Shown piece after piece: positions 45,596 through 55,485 of a stretch of DNA of 64,000 bases. Positions within the stretch are counted from its first letter, which is position 1. Every line of letters begins with the position of its first letter. The stretch comes from an uncultured delta proteobacterium (GTDB lineage: Bacteria > Desulfobacterota > Desulfomonilia > Desulfomonilales > Desulfomonilaceae). The stretch spans positions 320,001-384,000 of the forward strand of contig CAWBKB010000001.1 in assembly GCA_963789265.1 (NCBI GenBank), read 5' to 3'. Both the position numbers and the translations under genes were made by a program. The notes under the pieces are model-generated. The model had not been told where the DNA came from. It saw only the letters and a list, made by a program, of their open reading frames with translations, and searched no databases.

Positions 45596-45622
45596 AGAAC
45601 CGAAATTCTTCAACAAGGAGGA

Positions 45623-46833
45623 TTGAAAGAATTGCCCTTAGAAACGTCTCGCGGCCCTCGAGTGATTCTTCTGGCGCTGGTGATCATCCTGGCGGTATGC
45701 GTTGCCCTCGTTATTCGTACGGACTATACGCAGCCGTGGCGCGCTCATCAGAAAAAATTCAAGAGCATCATAGAAAGCAAGTTCGGTGCTGACAAAGCGG
45801 CTCAGATTCAGGTTGGAATCCAGCAGATCTGGATACCCGATCTGAGGGTCACCGACCGGTGCGTAACATGCCACATGGGCGAATCATGGAAAGGACTGGA
45901 GGACCAGGTACATCCCGTATGCCAGCCATTCCCGGCCTAAGCTGATTTCGAAACATCCGTTTGACAAATTTGGCTGCACTTTTTGCCACGGAGGCCAGGG
46001 TTATGCCACCGAACAAGCTGAAGCTCACGGTTGGGTAGAGGACTGGCAAGATCCTCGTACGGATCTAAAACTGGCAGAGAGTTACCTACTCAAAGACACA
46101 AGTGGTTTTCTCCAACTGCGCTGCAATTATTGCCATCGCTATGAGCACGGCGTTAAAGGGATGGAATTCATCGACCACGCTAAGGAATTGGTGCGCGTCA
46201 AAGGATGTCGCGCCTGTCACACGATCAGCGGCTTCGGAGGGAACATCGGACCGGATCTGACCTACGAAGGAGACAAACCCAGGGATCAGTACCGACTTCA
46301 CTTCCGGTGCTGTGGAGTATCCGAGTGTCTTCAACTGGCACATCGCACACTTTAAGAACCCGAAATCAGTTGTTCCCACGTCTATCATGCCTGAGTTTCA
46401 ATTTTCCACTGTTGATCTACAGTCCCTTACCCTGTTGGTTCTGAGTTGGAGAAAGATGATACTCTCCGTTGCGTACATGCCTCACCTTAAAGTCGTCCCG
46501 GTGCGACCTCCGGAAGAAATAGAGAAAGAAAAGATGATGCTTACAGGACCTGGTGCCTTCTTTGTGAAGAAAGGGTGCTTTGTCTGTCATACCATCTCGA
46601 CGTTGAAAGTAGAATCCCCGACCAACATAGGACCCGATCTGGCGCTGGCTGAAAAGAACGTCCCGAAGAAACATAACAATCTGACCGTACCTCAGTTCCT
46701 GCACCATCCGCAGGGCACTATGGCGGTGATCTTCGGAACTCCCAAGTATCATTTGTCTGAGGAAGAGAAGAAGGCTGTAGCCGGACTTCTACAGGAGGCC
46801 TATGACAAGTTGCCTCAGGACAAGAAACAATAA
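45623..46833 (+). CDS. Membrane-anchored pentahaem cytochrome c (two frameshifts)
   Basis: CVTCH, CTFCH, CNYCH, CRACH, CFVCH across three frames. Confidence 0.8.
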
Positions 46834-47188
46834 CGGCAAGGGAGCCTAGCTCCTGCTCCGCAAGGAACGTCATCAGAAATAAACCAGTCTAGTTCGGCGA
46901 GGGTAAGAGTCACACTCATCCGGCGGAAACGGTGGACAGGCGTGACGAGCGACAAGGAAGAGACACCGACTTCTCTTTGCTTGCGCCATGACACCATCAC
47001 CGGCGATGGATGAATTCGGAGGGGGTCGAAAGGAGGGGCCAAGAAGCATAAGCCAACCGCGCTAGCAAACGCGGAGAAAAAGGGGAACAGGCTCTCGTAG
47101 GGACCGGAAAAGTACCTTGTATTATCGCCTGCTGCCGGATACAGAGCCGTGAACAAAGTGGGAATGAAAGTATGGAGGTTGAGCAGAG

Positions 47189-49091
47189 ATGAAAAAATTC
47201 AAGCTTTTGTTGGCCGTCGGGGTTGCGATTTTTGCTGTGGCAGCCATTATCACCGCTCACAGTGATGCGCAAAGGCGTCGAGCGCCGGCAGGAGGGGCCG
47301 CGGGGGTCCCCGCAAAATCGGAAGTTACGGAAAATGCTCTCAAAACCTACGTTCCTCCTGGGGACTTGGATGAGTGCTATGCATTTCTTTCAGGCGGACA
47401 CAGCGGCAACATTTACGTTTATGGAATACCTTCCATGAGGCACATACGGACGATTCCTGTTTTCTCTCGCTATTCCGCGACGGGATGGGGATACGACAAG
47501 AAGAGCAAAGCGATGATGGGAGGACTCACCTGGGGTGATTGCCACCATCCCGGCCTTTCCGAAACCAAAGGAATGTATGACGGGCGCTGGCTCTTTATCA
47601 ACGACGTCGCCGGTGGACGCATCGCCAGAATCGATCTTAGAGACTTCCAATGCAAACAGATATTGGGTCCTCTTCCTAATCTGGCGGGCAACCATGCGTC
47701 GTCATTCGTCACATGGAACACGGAATACATCATTGGAGCAACACGGTTTTCTATCCCAATTCCCAAGGGAACTGTGGCCGATGTCAAGGATTACAAAGAA
47801 AAGTACCACGGGGTTATAAGCGCGACCAAGGTGGACCCCAAAGACGGCACCATGAGCGTGGCCTGGCAGATTGTCATGCCACCTTGGGATTACGATCTGT
47901 CCCGTGCGGGTAAACTTGTATCCGGGGACTGGTTTTTTCTGACCTGCTACAACAGCGAGGCTGAGTTCATCGAAGGCAAGCCTCTTGAGATTACTGCGTC
48001 GGCAAGAGACAAGGATTATATCATCGCAGTCAACTGGAAGGGAGTCGAAAAAGAGGTTGAGAAGGGCAACGTAACCCAAATCGATGGCGTGAAGGTCTTC
48101 GATCCGGTCAAAACACCAGGATATGTCTTTGGGATTCCATGTAAAAAGTCGCCCCACGGAGTGGATGTTACCCCCGATGGAAAACACATCGTGGGTAGCG
48201 GAAAACTTGCGCCGGTAGTTTCAATCTTCAGTTTCGAAAAACTGCTCAAGGCCATCCAGGATAAAAACTTTTCCGGCACTGACATGGGAATTCAGGTTGT
48301 CAAGGCTGAGGCCGTTGAGGAAGCAGAAGTCCCTGTTGGACTGGGTCCTCTGCATACAATCTTCGACGACAAAGGGTTCGCGTACACTTCTTTGTTCGTT
48401 GAGAGTGCAGTCGCCAAATGGCAGTGGCAAGGCGGCCAACAGTGGAAAATGGTGGATAAGATACCTGTACAGGTACAATATCGGTCATATCGCCTCTCCT
48501 GAAGGGGATACTGTGAAGCCTCTCGGCAAATGGGTGCTCGCTCTCAACAAACTGTCTAAAGGGACTCACCTCCGTGTGGGGCCGCATCAGCCTGAATCCT
48601 TGCAACTCATAGATATTACCGGCCCCAAAATGAGGCTTATTTATACGGCGTTCCCGGAACCCGAGCCCCATTACGCACAGATTATCAAAGCGGACAAGCT
48701 GAAGAATGTTATCGAAGTGTACAAAAAAGAGGAAAACAAGGATCCTAACGCAACATGGGATCCAAAGAATGCTCGCATTAAGCGCGATGGCAACACAGTG
48801 AAGGTATGGATGACGGCCATCAGATCCTCAATCATGCCGAATGTCATCCGATGTAACGAAGGTGACAAACTCGAAATATACTTGACGAACATTGAAGAGA
48901 TGACCAACGAGCTTCACGGATTCGGGGTCTGCGGGTACAACGTCTCAGGTGTGCCCGCACCCGGGGAAACAGTGAATATTGAATTCGTGGCTGACAAGCC
49001 CGGAGTATGGCCCTATTACTGCACCAACTTCTGCTCCGCTCTCCATCAAGAGATGCAGGGTTACTTGATCGTGAATCCGAAGCAGAAGTAG
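47189..49091 (+). CDS. nosZ: Sec-dependent (clade II) nitrous oxide reductase, +1 frameshift at about 48472
   Basis: Sec signal; CuZ histidines DCHHP, GNHA, SPHG, GPLHT, IGHI, EPHY; CuA LHGF and YCTNFCSALHQEM. Confidence 0.95.
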
Positions 49092-49109
49092 CCTCGCGGG
49101 GAGAGAACT

Positions 49110-49733
49110 ATGAAAGCGACGGTGGTTGTGAGGTCCTTGCTTTTGATAGGCGCTTCTGTGTTGATCGTGATCAGTTTTAAGTATCCCATGTGGTACATGT
49201 TCCTGGATTCCAACAATTTTCCCAAGGGTCTTGGCATGGCGATATGGGCCACCCATCCAGGGGATACGCCGGACGTGAAAGAACTGGATGGAGGCCTGAA
49301 TGAGGTCAACATACTCAATCATTACATAGGAATGAGGCATATTTCCAGTGCCATGCCCGTCTTTAAAGTGCTGCCGATCGTTCTGGCGAGCATGGCCGTG
49401 CTGTGCCTTGTTGCAGCCTTTGTAAGAAAGCGATGGCTGACGCTCCTAAGTGTAATCTGGTTTGCGCTGGTTTCCGCGGGCGGCATAGTGACTTTGATCT
49501 ATACCGTGTACTCCTTCGGACATGATTTGGATCCTCATGCCCCCATCAAGGTCGCTCCGTTTATGCCGGGCATCTATGGAGAACACCATCTGGCCCAGTT
49601 CACCACGTACTCAGACTTTTATTGGGGAACGTATTTGCTCATCGGAGCGTTTCTCCTCGTCGTGGTGGCATGGGTTCTAGATCTCATCTCATCTCATCGG
49701 CGTGCGGAGCCGCAGCCGAGGGGTGGTGACTGA
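49110..49733 (+). CDS. nosB: NosB-like membrane protein
   Basis: PMW, FPKGL, EVNILNHYIGM, FGHDLDP.API...PFMP; directly after clade II nosZ. Confidence 0.85.
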   Translation: MKATVVVRSLLLIGASVLIVISFKYPMWYMFLDSNNFPKGLGMAIWATHPGDTPDVKELDGGLNEVNILNHYIGMRHISSAMPVFKVLPIVLASMAVLCLVAAFVRKRWLTLLSVIWFALVSAGGIVTLIYTVYSFGHDLDPHAPIKVAPFMPGIYGEHHLAQFTTYSDFYWGTYLLIGAFLLVVVAWVLDLISSHRRAEPQPRGGD

Positions 49734-49745
49734 AAGGAGTGAGCC

Positions 49746-50135
49746 GTGAAAGAGACTAAAGCCACACGGTGGATCGTGGGCTTGGTTGTTGCGCTGATGG
49801 CTTGCCTTACTGCCCAGATGACTTTTGGGCAGCAAGATTATCAGAAGGCAGCACTGGCAGCGTATGCCAACTGTGAAGCTACAAGGAAGTTAGTGGATGA
49901 CAGCCTCAAAAAGCTGGACCCAAAACTTGGCTCCGCCACCGCTAGCGAGGGTTTTAAACGTGAGGTGGCGGACGCTAAGGAGTGGTTCAAGAAAGCCGAT
50001 GATTTGCTCGCCCAGTCCAAGAAGAAGATGGACGATAAGAAATTTGACAAGGACCTGGTAGAGAATCTGAATCAAGCCTGGCGATGGTACGTGGAAGCAG
50101 GAACGGCGGCCGTACGGGCTGGCATGATGGATTAA
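49746..50135 (+). CDS. Secreted alpha-helical hypothetical protein
   Basis: AAGGAG RBS, signal peptide, Lys/Asp-rich. Confidence 0.7.
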   Translation: MKETKATRWIVGLVVALMACLTAQMTFGQQDYQKAALAAYANCEATRKLVDDSLKKLDPKLGSATASEGFKREVADAKEWFKKADDLLAQSKKKMDDKKFDKDLVENLNQAWRWYVEAGTAAVRAGMMD

Positions 50136-50214
50136 ATTTCGGTTTAGATGATGCCTTACTTGGTCTGTCCCCCGGACGCCCTGGCCGGGGAACAGATTCC
50201 ACAGGAATGGTCGT

Positions 50215-51675
50215 ATGCTTAGACGACTCACACGACTCGTCCAACCCAATAAATGGCCCAAGACTGTCCTAATCATGGCCCTCTTGGGCCTAACCCTTTT
50301 GCTGTTGGCCTCTAAGACACAAGCCAAGGTGATCACTGTTGGCAAAGTCAACGACGCTTCCACTCTTGGGTCTCCGAAGCTGGCGCTGAAAAAGGCTAGA
50401 CCGGGAGACGTTATTGAGGTTTATAGCGGGACCTATAACGGGAATTGGGTCGTCAAAACGGAGAATATAGTTCTACGAGGCATTGGCCGGCCGGTTATCC
50501 AGGGCGGAAAAACGGGAACCGTCGTTACAGTAGGCGCGAATTCCGTGGTCATCAAGGGATTTGTCATTCGAGGCGGGGGGCGCGAGTCTCTGACCGACGA
50601 TGCGGGCCTGAAAGTAATGAAAGCCAAGGAATGCGTGATAACTGGGAGCCGCTTTGAAGACAACCTTCACGGGATTTATCTCATCGGATCTGATAAATGC
50701 TCGGTCACGAATAACGTGATCCGTGGGCGGTCTTACGATTATCAGGAATATAGGGGAAATGGCATCCACCTTCATGATTCCCCATTCGCCAAAGTAGAAC
50801 ACAACGACATTGCGGACACACGCGACGGTGTATATGTCTCCTTTTCCGGTCACTGCACAATTGATTACAACAAGATTCACAGGCTTCGTTATGGCTTGCA
50901 TTATATGTATTCACACAACAATTCGTTTTCATACAACACTCTCATTGACAACGTGGCCGGTGCTGCGGTCATGTACGCGAGAAATATCAAATTCAACGGA
51001 AACGTCGTGGCCCATAATCGTGGAGCCCGGGCTTATGGAATCCTGTGGCAGGATGTGAGACATTCCGAGTGCTTTGACAATCTCATATTTGATAACACTA
51101 TCGGCCTGTATATGGACCATGCCGGCTTTTCCAAGGTTTACAATAACGCGATTGCTTCAAATGATGTAGCCATTATTATTCTGGAGAATTCAGAGAACAA
51201 TAACATATACGGCAACAATTTCTTAAACAATCTCTCTCTGTTAAGACTTCGGGGAAGAGCGCAAATCGGGCACAACAATTTGTTTTACAAAAATGGCCGC
51301 GGAAATTATTGGAGCGACTATAGAGGCTATGATCTTGACGGGGATGGGATAGGCGACATCCCCTACAAGTTGCAAGGAATCTGGGACTACCTCGAGACCG
51401 AATATCCTGAGTACCGACTTTTCTTCTTTAGCCCATTGACGACAGCTTTGGATATGGCAGAAAAAGCTTTTCCCATAATTGAGACCCCTATAACTGCTGA
51501 GGACAAATTCCCGTTGATGAAGCCGGTCAAGATTCAGGGACCACCTAAGGAAACGCTTGCCAAGACTGGCATGCATCGGCCCGAAATCGGAGAACGATCA
51601 GGTGTGGCATTGGCCTGTCTGTCCCTGATCTGCGGTGCGGTTGCATTTATCCGGAAAGGAATTATGACCCGATGA
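50215..51675 (+). CDS. nosD: Nitrous oxide reductase maturation protein
   Basis: Beta-helix repeats, RGNGIHL, RDGVY, LRYGLHYMYS, GNYWSDY.GYDLDGDGIGD. Confidence 0.95.
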   Translation: MLRRLTRLVQPNKWPKTVLIMALLGLTLLLLASKTQAKVITVGKVNDASTLGSPKLALKKARPGDVIEVYSGTYNGNWVVKTENIVLRGIGRPVIQGGKTGTVVTVGANSVVIKGFVIRGGGRESLTDDAGLKVMKAKECVITGSRFEDNLHGIYLIGSDKCSVTNNVIRGRSYDYQEYRGNGIHLHDSPFAKVEHNDIADTRDGVYVSFSGHCTIDYNKIHRLRYGLHYMYSHNNSFSYNTLIDNVAGAAVMYARNIKFNGNVVAHNRGARAYGILWQDVRHSECFDNLIFDNTIGLYMDHAGFSKVYNNAIASNDVAIIILENSENNNIYGNNFLNNLSLLRLRGRAQIGHNNLFYKNGRGNYWSDYRGYDLDGDGIGDIPYKLQGIWDYLETEYPEYRLFFFSPLTTALDMAEKAFPIIETPITAEDKFPLMKPVKIQGPPKETLAKTGMHRPEIGERSGVALACLSLICGAVAFIRKGIMTR

Positions 51676-52583
51676 TAAGCGTCACCGGCATACATAAGAA
51701 GTTTGGCGCAATACAAGCTGTGGACGGCATGGATTTCGAATGTTCACCCGGAGAGATGATGGCTTTGATTGGACCTAACGGCTCAGGGAAATCCACGGCG
51801 CTCAGAATCATAGCGGGGCTGATGCAACCGGACGAAGGGGAGGTCCGGATTCGCGGCGAACTGATGACTATATCTGCGGTTGAACTTCGAAAGAAGATCT
51901 CCTACCTGCCTCAAAGAGTCGCGTTCCCCGAGCAGGTGACTGCCAAGGAACTGCTCACTTTTTTTGCGAGAATCAGGAAAGTTCAGGAGTCAAGGGTTTC
52001 AGAGCTGATCTCCGCTTTCGGATTTCACGATTTTGAAAGAAAGAAAGTCAGTGAGCTTTCGGGTGGAATGTTGCAGCGACTGGCAATAGCCGTAGTGTTC
52101 TTACCCGAGGCGGATCTATATATACTGGACGAGGCAACCAATAATCTTGATGCCGAAGGCTTGACTCGTTTTCACGAAGAAACGCTTTCAGTATTGAGAA
52201 AAGGCGCTGCTTTAGTCATGTCGACGCACATTATTAAAGAAGTTGAAAACCTGGCCCACAAAATCGCGATAGTCGCGCACGGCCGTGTTGTGTTGACAAG
52301 GAGAGTTGAGCAGTTCGTTAAAGACGTGGGCCAATCTCGCAAGATGTGGGTAACCTTGGAAAATCTCTCGAAAGACCACAAAGAGATCGCTCTTAAGGTG
52401 GGTGCTGAAAAGGTGCTTCTAAATTGCGATACCATGACTATTGCGTGCAAGGCGGACTTGCGAATCCCCATATTGAATGCCTTGTTCCAGGCAGGGGCAA
52501 TCGTCAGGGAATTTGGTTTGCAGGAGCCATCTCTAGAGAAAATTTACTATCAATGCCTCAGCGTGGAGGAGTCTGAACAGTAA
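51672..52583 (+). CDS. nosF: ABC ATPase
   Basis: GPNGSGKS, LSGGM, ILDE; in the nos operon. Confidence 0.9.
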   Translation: MISVTGIHKKFGAIQAVDGMDFECSPGEMMALIGPNGSGKSTALRIIAGLMQPDEGEVRIRGELMTISAVELRKKISYLPQRVAFPEQVTAKELLTFFARIRKVQESRVSELISAFGFHDFERKKVSELSGGMLQRLAIAVVFLPEADLYILDEATNNLDAEGLTRFHEETLSVLRKGAALVMSTHIIKEVENLAHKIAIVAHGRVVLTRRVEQFVKDVGQSRKMWVTLENLSKDHKEIALKVGAEKVLLNCDTMTIACKADLRIPILNALFQAGAIVREFGLQEPSLEKIYYQCLSVEESEQ

Positions 52584-52588
52584 GAATA

Positions 52589-53362
52589 ATGGTTTCAAAA
52601 AAAGCTCAAAACGTGATTCTTTCTGGGATGCTGCTGGCCCTGGTAGCCTGTGGCCGTAGCGGCGAGCCTGTCCCCGTGCCCATATACAAAGGGGAAGACG
52701 TCTGCGACACCTGTCACATGCTCATTAGCGACGTCCGATTTGCTGCGGAATGTGTGATGAAGAAGGGGCGCGTCAAGAAATTTGACGATATGATTTGCAT
52801 GGTTCGTTACTTTGATTCAGCCAAGACCTCAGAAGGTGCCACGAGAGATAAGGTTAGGGCTTACTTCGTAAAAGACTATGATACCACGGACTGGCTCGAA
52901 GCCCCCAAAGCTCATTTTGTCACGGCTGATATCACGACACCAATGGGCTCGGGCACCATTGCCTTTAAAGAAGAAGAAAGGGCCACTATTATTGCCCACG
53001 CGAATAAGGGCAAGTTACTAACCTTTGATGATCTGTGGAACGTGTTTAAGCAAGCGACCGTCAAGCGAGAAATAACAATCAAGAACGGCGTCATGACCCC
53101 TGAAGTCCTTTCGGTGAAGTACGGGGACCTTGTACAAATAAGAATAGACGTTGAAGACAACAAAGAATACAAGCTCGCAATCAAAGGCTATGAGGCTGAT
53201 GGGTTGTTTCCTGCCGCGTTACAAGGCCACCCTGCTTCCTTGAAATTGAAAGCCGATCGACCCGGTGACGACTTTTCTTTCATCGACACACAAACTAACG
53301 CGGAATTAGGGCGCTTCCGAGTAGAAGGAGCGCACTTCCCGGAAGAAATGAAAAAGAGGTGA
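52589..53362 (+). CDS. nosL: NosL copper chaperone lipoprotein with a C-terminal extension
   Basis: Lipobox LVAC, CDTCHM, KFDDMICM, TPMGSG. Confidence 0.88.
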   Translation: MVSKKAQNVILSGMLLALVACGRSGEPVPVPIYKGEDVCDTCHMLISDVRFAAECVMKKGRVKKFDDMICMVRYFDSAKTSEGATRDKVRAYFVKDYDTTDWLEAPKAHFVTADITTPMGSGTIAFKEEERATIIAHANKGKLLTFDDLWNVFKQATVKREITIKNGVMTPEVLSVKYGDLVQIRIDVEDNKEYKLAIKGYEADGLFPAALQGHPASLKLKADRPGDDFSFIDTQTNAELGRFRVEGAHFPEEMKKR

Positions 53363-53369
53363 GTATCCA

Positions 53370-54224
53370 GTGCAGGCCGGTTCGATTACTGAAATAGCAA
53401 AGGTTGAACTGAAAATCCAACTGAGAAGCAAATGGATGCTGGGTTTTGGCATTCTCTTCGCCCTGATGATCACGGGCGTGTCTTACTATGGGCTTACCTT
53501 TCTTGGTTATGAGGCGGAATTTCAGGATTTCTATCGTACGACCGTGACCATGCTCCACCTGGTTTTCATCATCATTCCGGTAGTGGCGCTGGTGACCGCT
53601 GGTCAGAGTATTTCCAGCGATCCGGGGTACTTTGAGTTTCTCGCCTCTCAACCGGTCGGTCGTGCGGACATTCTTCTGGGAAAAGTGACGGGTCTGTTCC
53701 TGGCTCTGACCATAATGACCGTTCTGGGCTTCGGATTGGGCGGAATGGTTATTGCTTTGAAAAGCAATTCTCAAGGCATTTGGAAATTCTTTATTTTCAT
53801 TGGTACTTCTATCACGCTCGGGTTCATCTTTATCTCCCTGTCTACCCTGCTTTCGGTGCTGTCGAATCGCAAGCCCATGGCGATGATAACTGCTCTGATC
53901 GTGTGGCTGTTTTTCCTGTTCATTTATGATTTTATCGTTCTTGCCGCGTCCTATTACATGGAAGAAGCCTATCTCAGAACCATTTTGTATTTTTCCTTAT
54001 TGGGTAATCCTATTGACATGGCCAGAGTGATAGTCTTGTTAACCGTAGGTGGTGAGGCGGCCCTGGGTCCCGCCGGTGCGGGTTTGCTCAGAAACCTTCG
54101 GGGGAGCAGCTACGTCCGCGATGGCAGCCGTAGGTCTCTTGGCTATCTGGGCGATAATTCCCCTGATCGGTGCGGTTCTCGTTTTCAAGAAACAGGACAT
54201 TGCGTGATATGGCTGTTTTCGTAG
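53370..54224 (+). CDS. nosY: ABC permease
   Basis: Multiple TMs, SQPVGRADILLGK, LGNPIDMAR; probable frameshift near 54105. Confidence 0.88.
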   Translation: MQAGSITEIAKVELKIQLRSKWMLGFGILFALMITGVSYYGLTFLGYEAEFQDFYRTTVTMLHLVFIIIPVVALVTAGQSISSDPGYFEFLASQPVGRADILLGKVTGLFLALTIMTVLGFGLGGMVIALKSNSQGIWKFFIFIGTSITLGFIFISLSTLLSVLSNRKPMAMITALIVWLFFLFIYDFIVLAASYYMEEAYLRTILYFSLLGNPIDMARVIVLLTVGGEAALGPAGAGLLRNLRGSSYVRDGSRRSLGYLGDNSPDRCGSRFQETGHCVIWLFS

Positions 54225-54254
54225 ATGATCTGATCGGACAGGTCGGTCGCAATT

Positions 54255-54535
54255 CAACTCTCCCGACGTCGGGAGAGATCCCTGCATCGACCGCCCTTGG
54301 CGTCAGAATGTGTCCATCGAAAGCAAAAGTTGGGAAGAGATCGGAGGATGCACAGACTGGCATGTGAAAGGACGGAGGGGAACAGGCCATTGGTGTCAGA
54401 TGGGAAGGGCGACGGTGCTGAATGCGTTTTTCGCGGGAATCTCGGCAAGACGGCTCTGGGATCGCATGGCTGTTTCTCAGGACAATTTCTTGGGCAGGGC
54501 GGACTAAGATCCAGCTCTCCCGATGTCGGGAGAGT
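54255..54535. repeat. Palindromic repeat CTCTCCCGA(C/T)GTCGGGAGAG, two copies
   Basis: Copies near 54258 and 54514; related TCTCCCGATGCGTCGGGAGA near 57131. Confidence 0.65.
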
Positions 54536-55009
54536 TCGCCGAGGATCGCAGCGTGTTTTCACCGTGTCGGCCCTAACTTCGGATTCATTTTCAAAACAGT
54601 GATGACTTCGGGTTCTTGGCCGAGATGGGGTGATTTCGAGGACGGCGAAGTTTTCTAGTGACTCCCCGGGGCAGCCTATAATTCGGGCTTATTGGAGGTA
54701 TGAAGGTGTCCCCACTTTGTCCCCACTTTTTGAAAACTAGCGGGTCGGAGCGGGTTCTACGGGGATCGAAAGGGCTTGAAAAGACTAAGGTTCGTGGGCA
54801 AGAAGTTGATAAGATTCGCCAATCTCATGGTTCGCAGCACGTGACGGGAAAAGGCCGAAATCGTGCTAAATCTGGACACGGGGATGGTCACAAAATGGTC
54901 ACTTTTTTTGTGACCAGAAGGGATTGGAAGGGATCGTGAGGGACTAAAAGGCATTGAAATCGTTCAGGCTCAGGTGTAGGTTCCCGTATCTATTTGGTGT
55001 GCCAATGAA

Positions 55010-55054
55010 TTCGGGATGCAGGGGTCGCTGATTCAAATCCAGTCGTCCCAACCA
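55010..55054 (+). other. Degenerate 3' half of tRNA-Pro(CGG), probable att-site remnant
   Basis: TTCGGGATGCAGGGGTCGCTGATTCAAATCCAGTCGTCCCAACCA: anticodon loop, T-arm and CCA present, no D-arm or 5' half. Confidence 0.7.
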
Positions 55055-55060
55055 TGAATT

Positions 55061-55112
55061 TCATGAAAGATCAGGGTGTTATGTTGGAGCACTGCACCCT
55101 GATTTTTCATTT
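55061..55112 (+). terminator. Hairpin after the tRNA remnant
   Basis: ATGAAAGATCAGGGTG...CACCCTGATTTTTCAT followed by TTT. Confidence 0.55.
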
Positions 55113-55485
55113 TACAGGGCCTTAAGGGACTTTTTGGGCGTCTTTTTCAGTGCGCTCCTGTTCAGTATCCTCGATTAGATCCAACTCCGTCCATCCACAG
55201 TCGAAGCTCATGTTGTCCACTGCTCTAAGTGTACATTTTCGCTTTGCCGCAAGCCGAACGGTAAGCTTTTCTCAAGAAGGAGGAGATAGGCTTCTTTCAT
55301 CAACGTCTTGACAGTTTGGCCCTGGTCGGGTCTCGTGATAGATCATACGAGAGTCGTTTCGCACCATGAAAATTACCCAGGGGCCTGGTGGCAGCCCTAG
55401 AACCTTCAAGATGACGACGTCACATAATTACCATGAAGAATCAGCGGTATTACCGGGCAAGGCTTTTTTGAAGGAGGAAAGACGA

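Noticed and set aside
52703..52720. CDTCH as a haem c site in NosL
   Set aside because: It coincides with the NosL CxxCxM metal-binding motif
55010..55054. Functional tRNA-Pro
   Set aside because: The 5' acceptor strand and D-arm are missing and the T-stem has a mismatch
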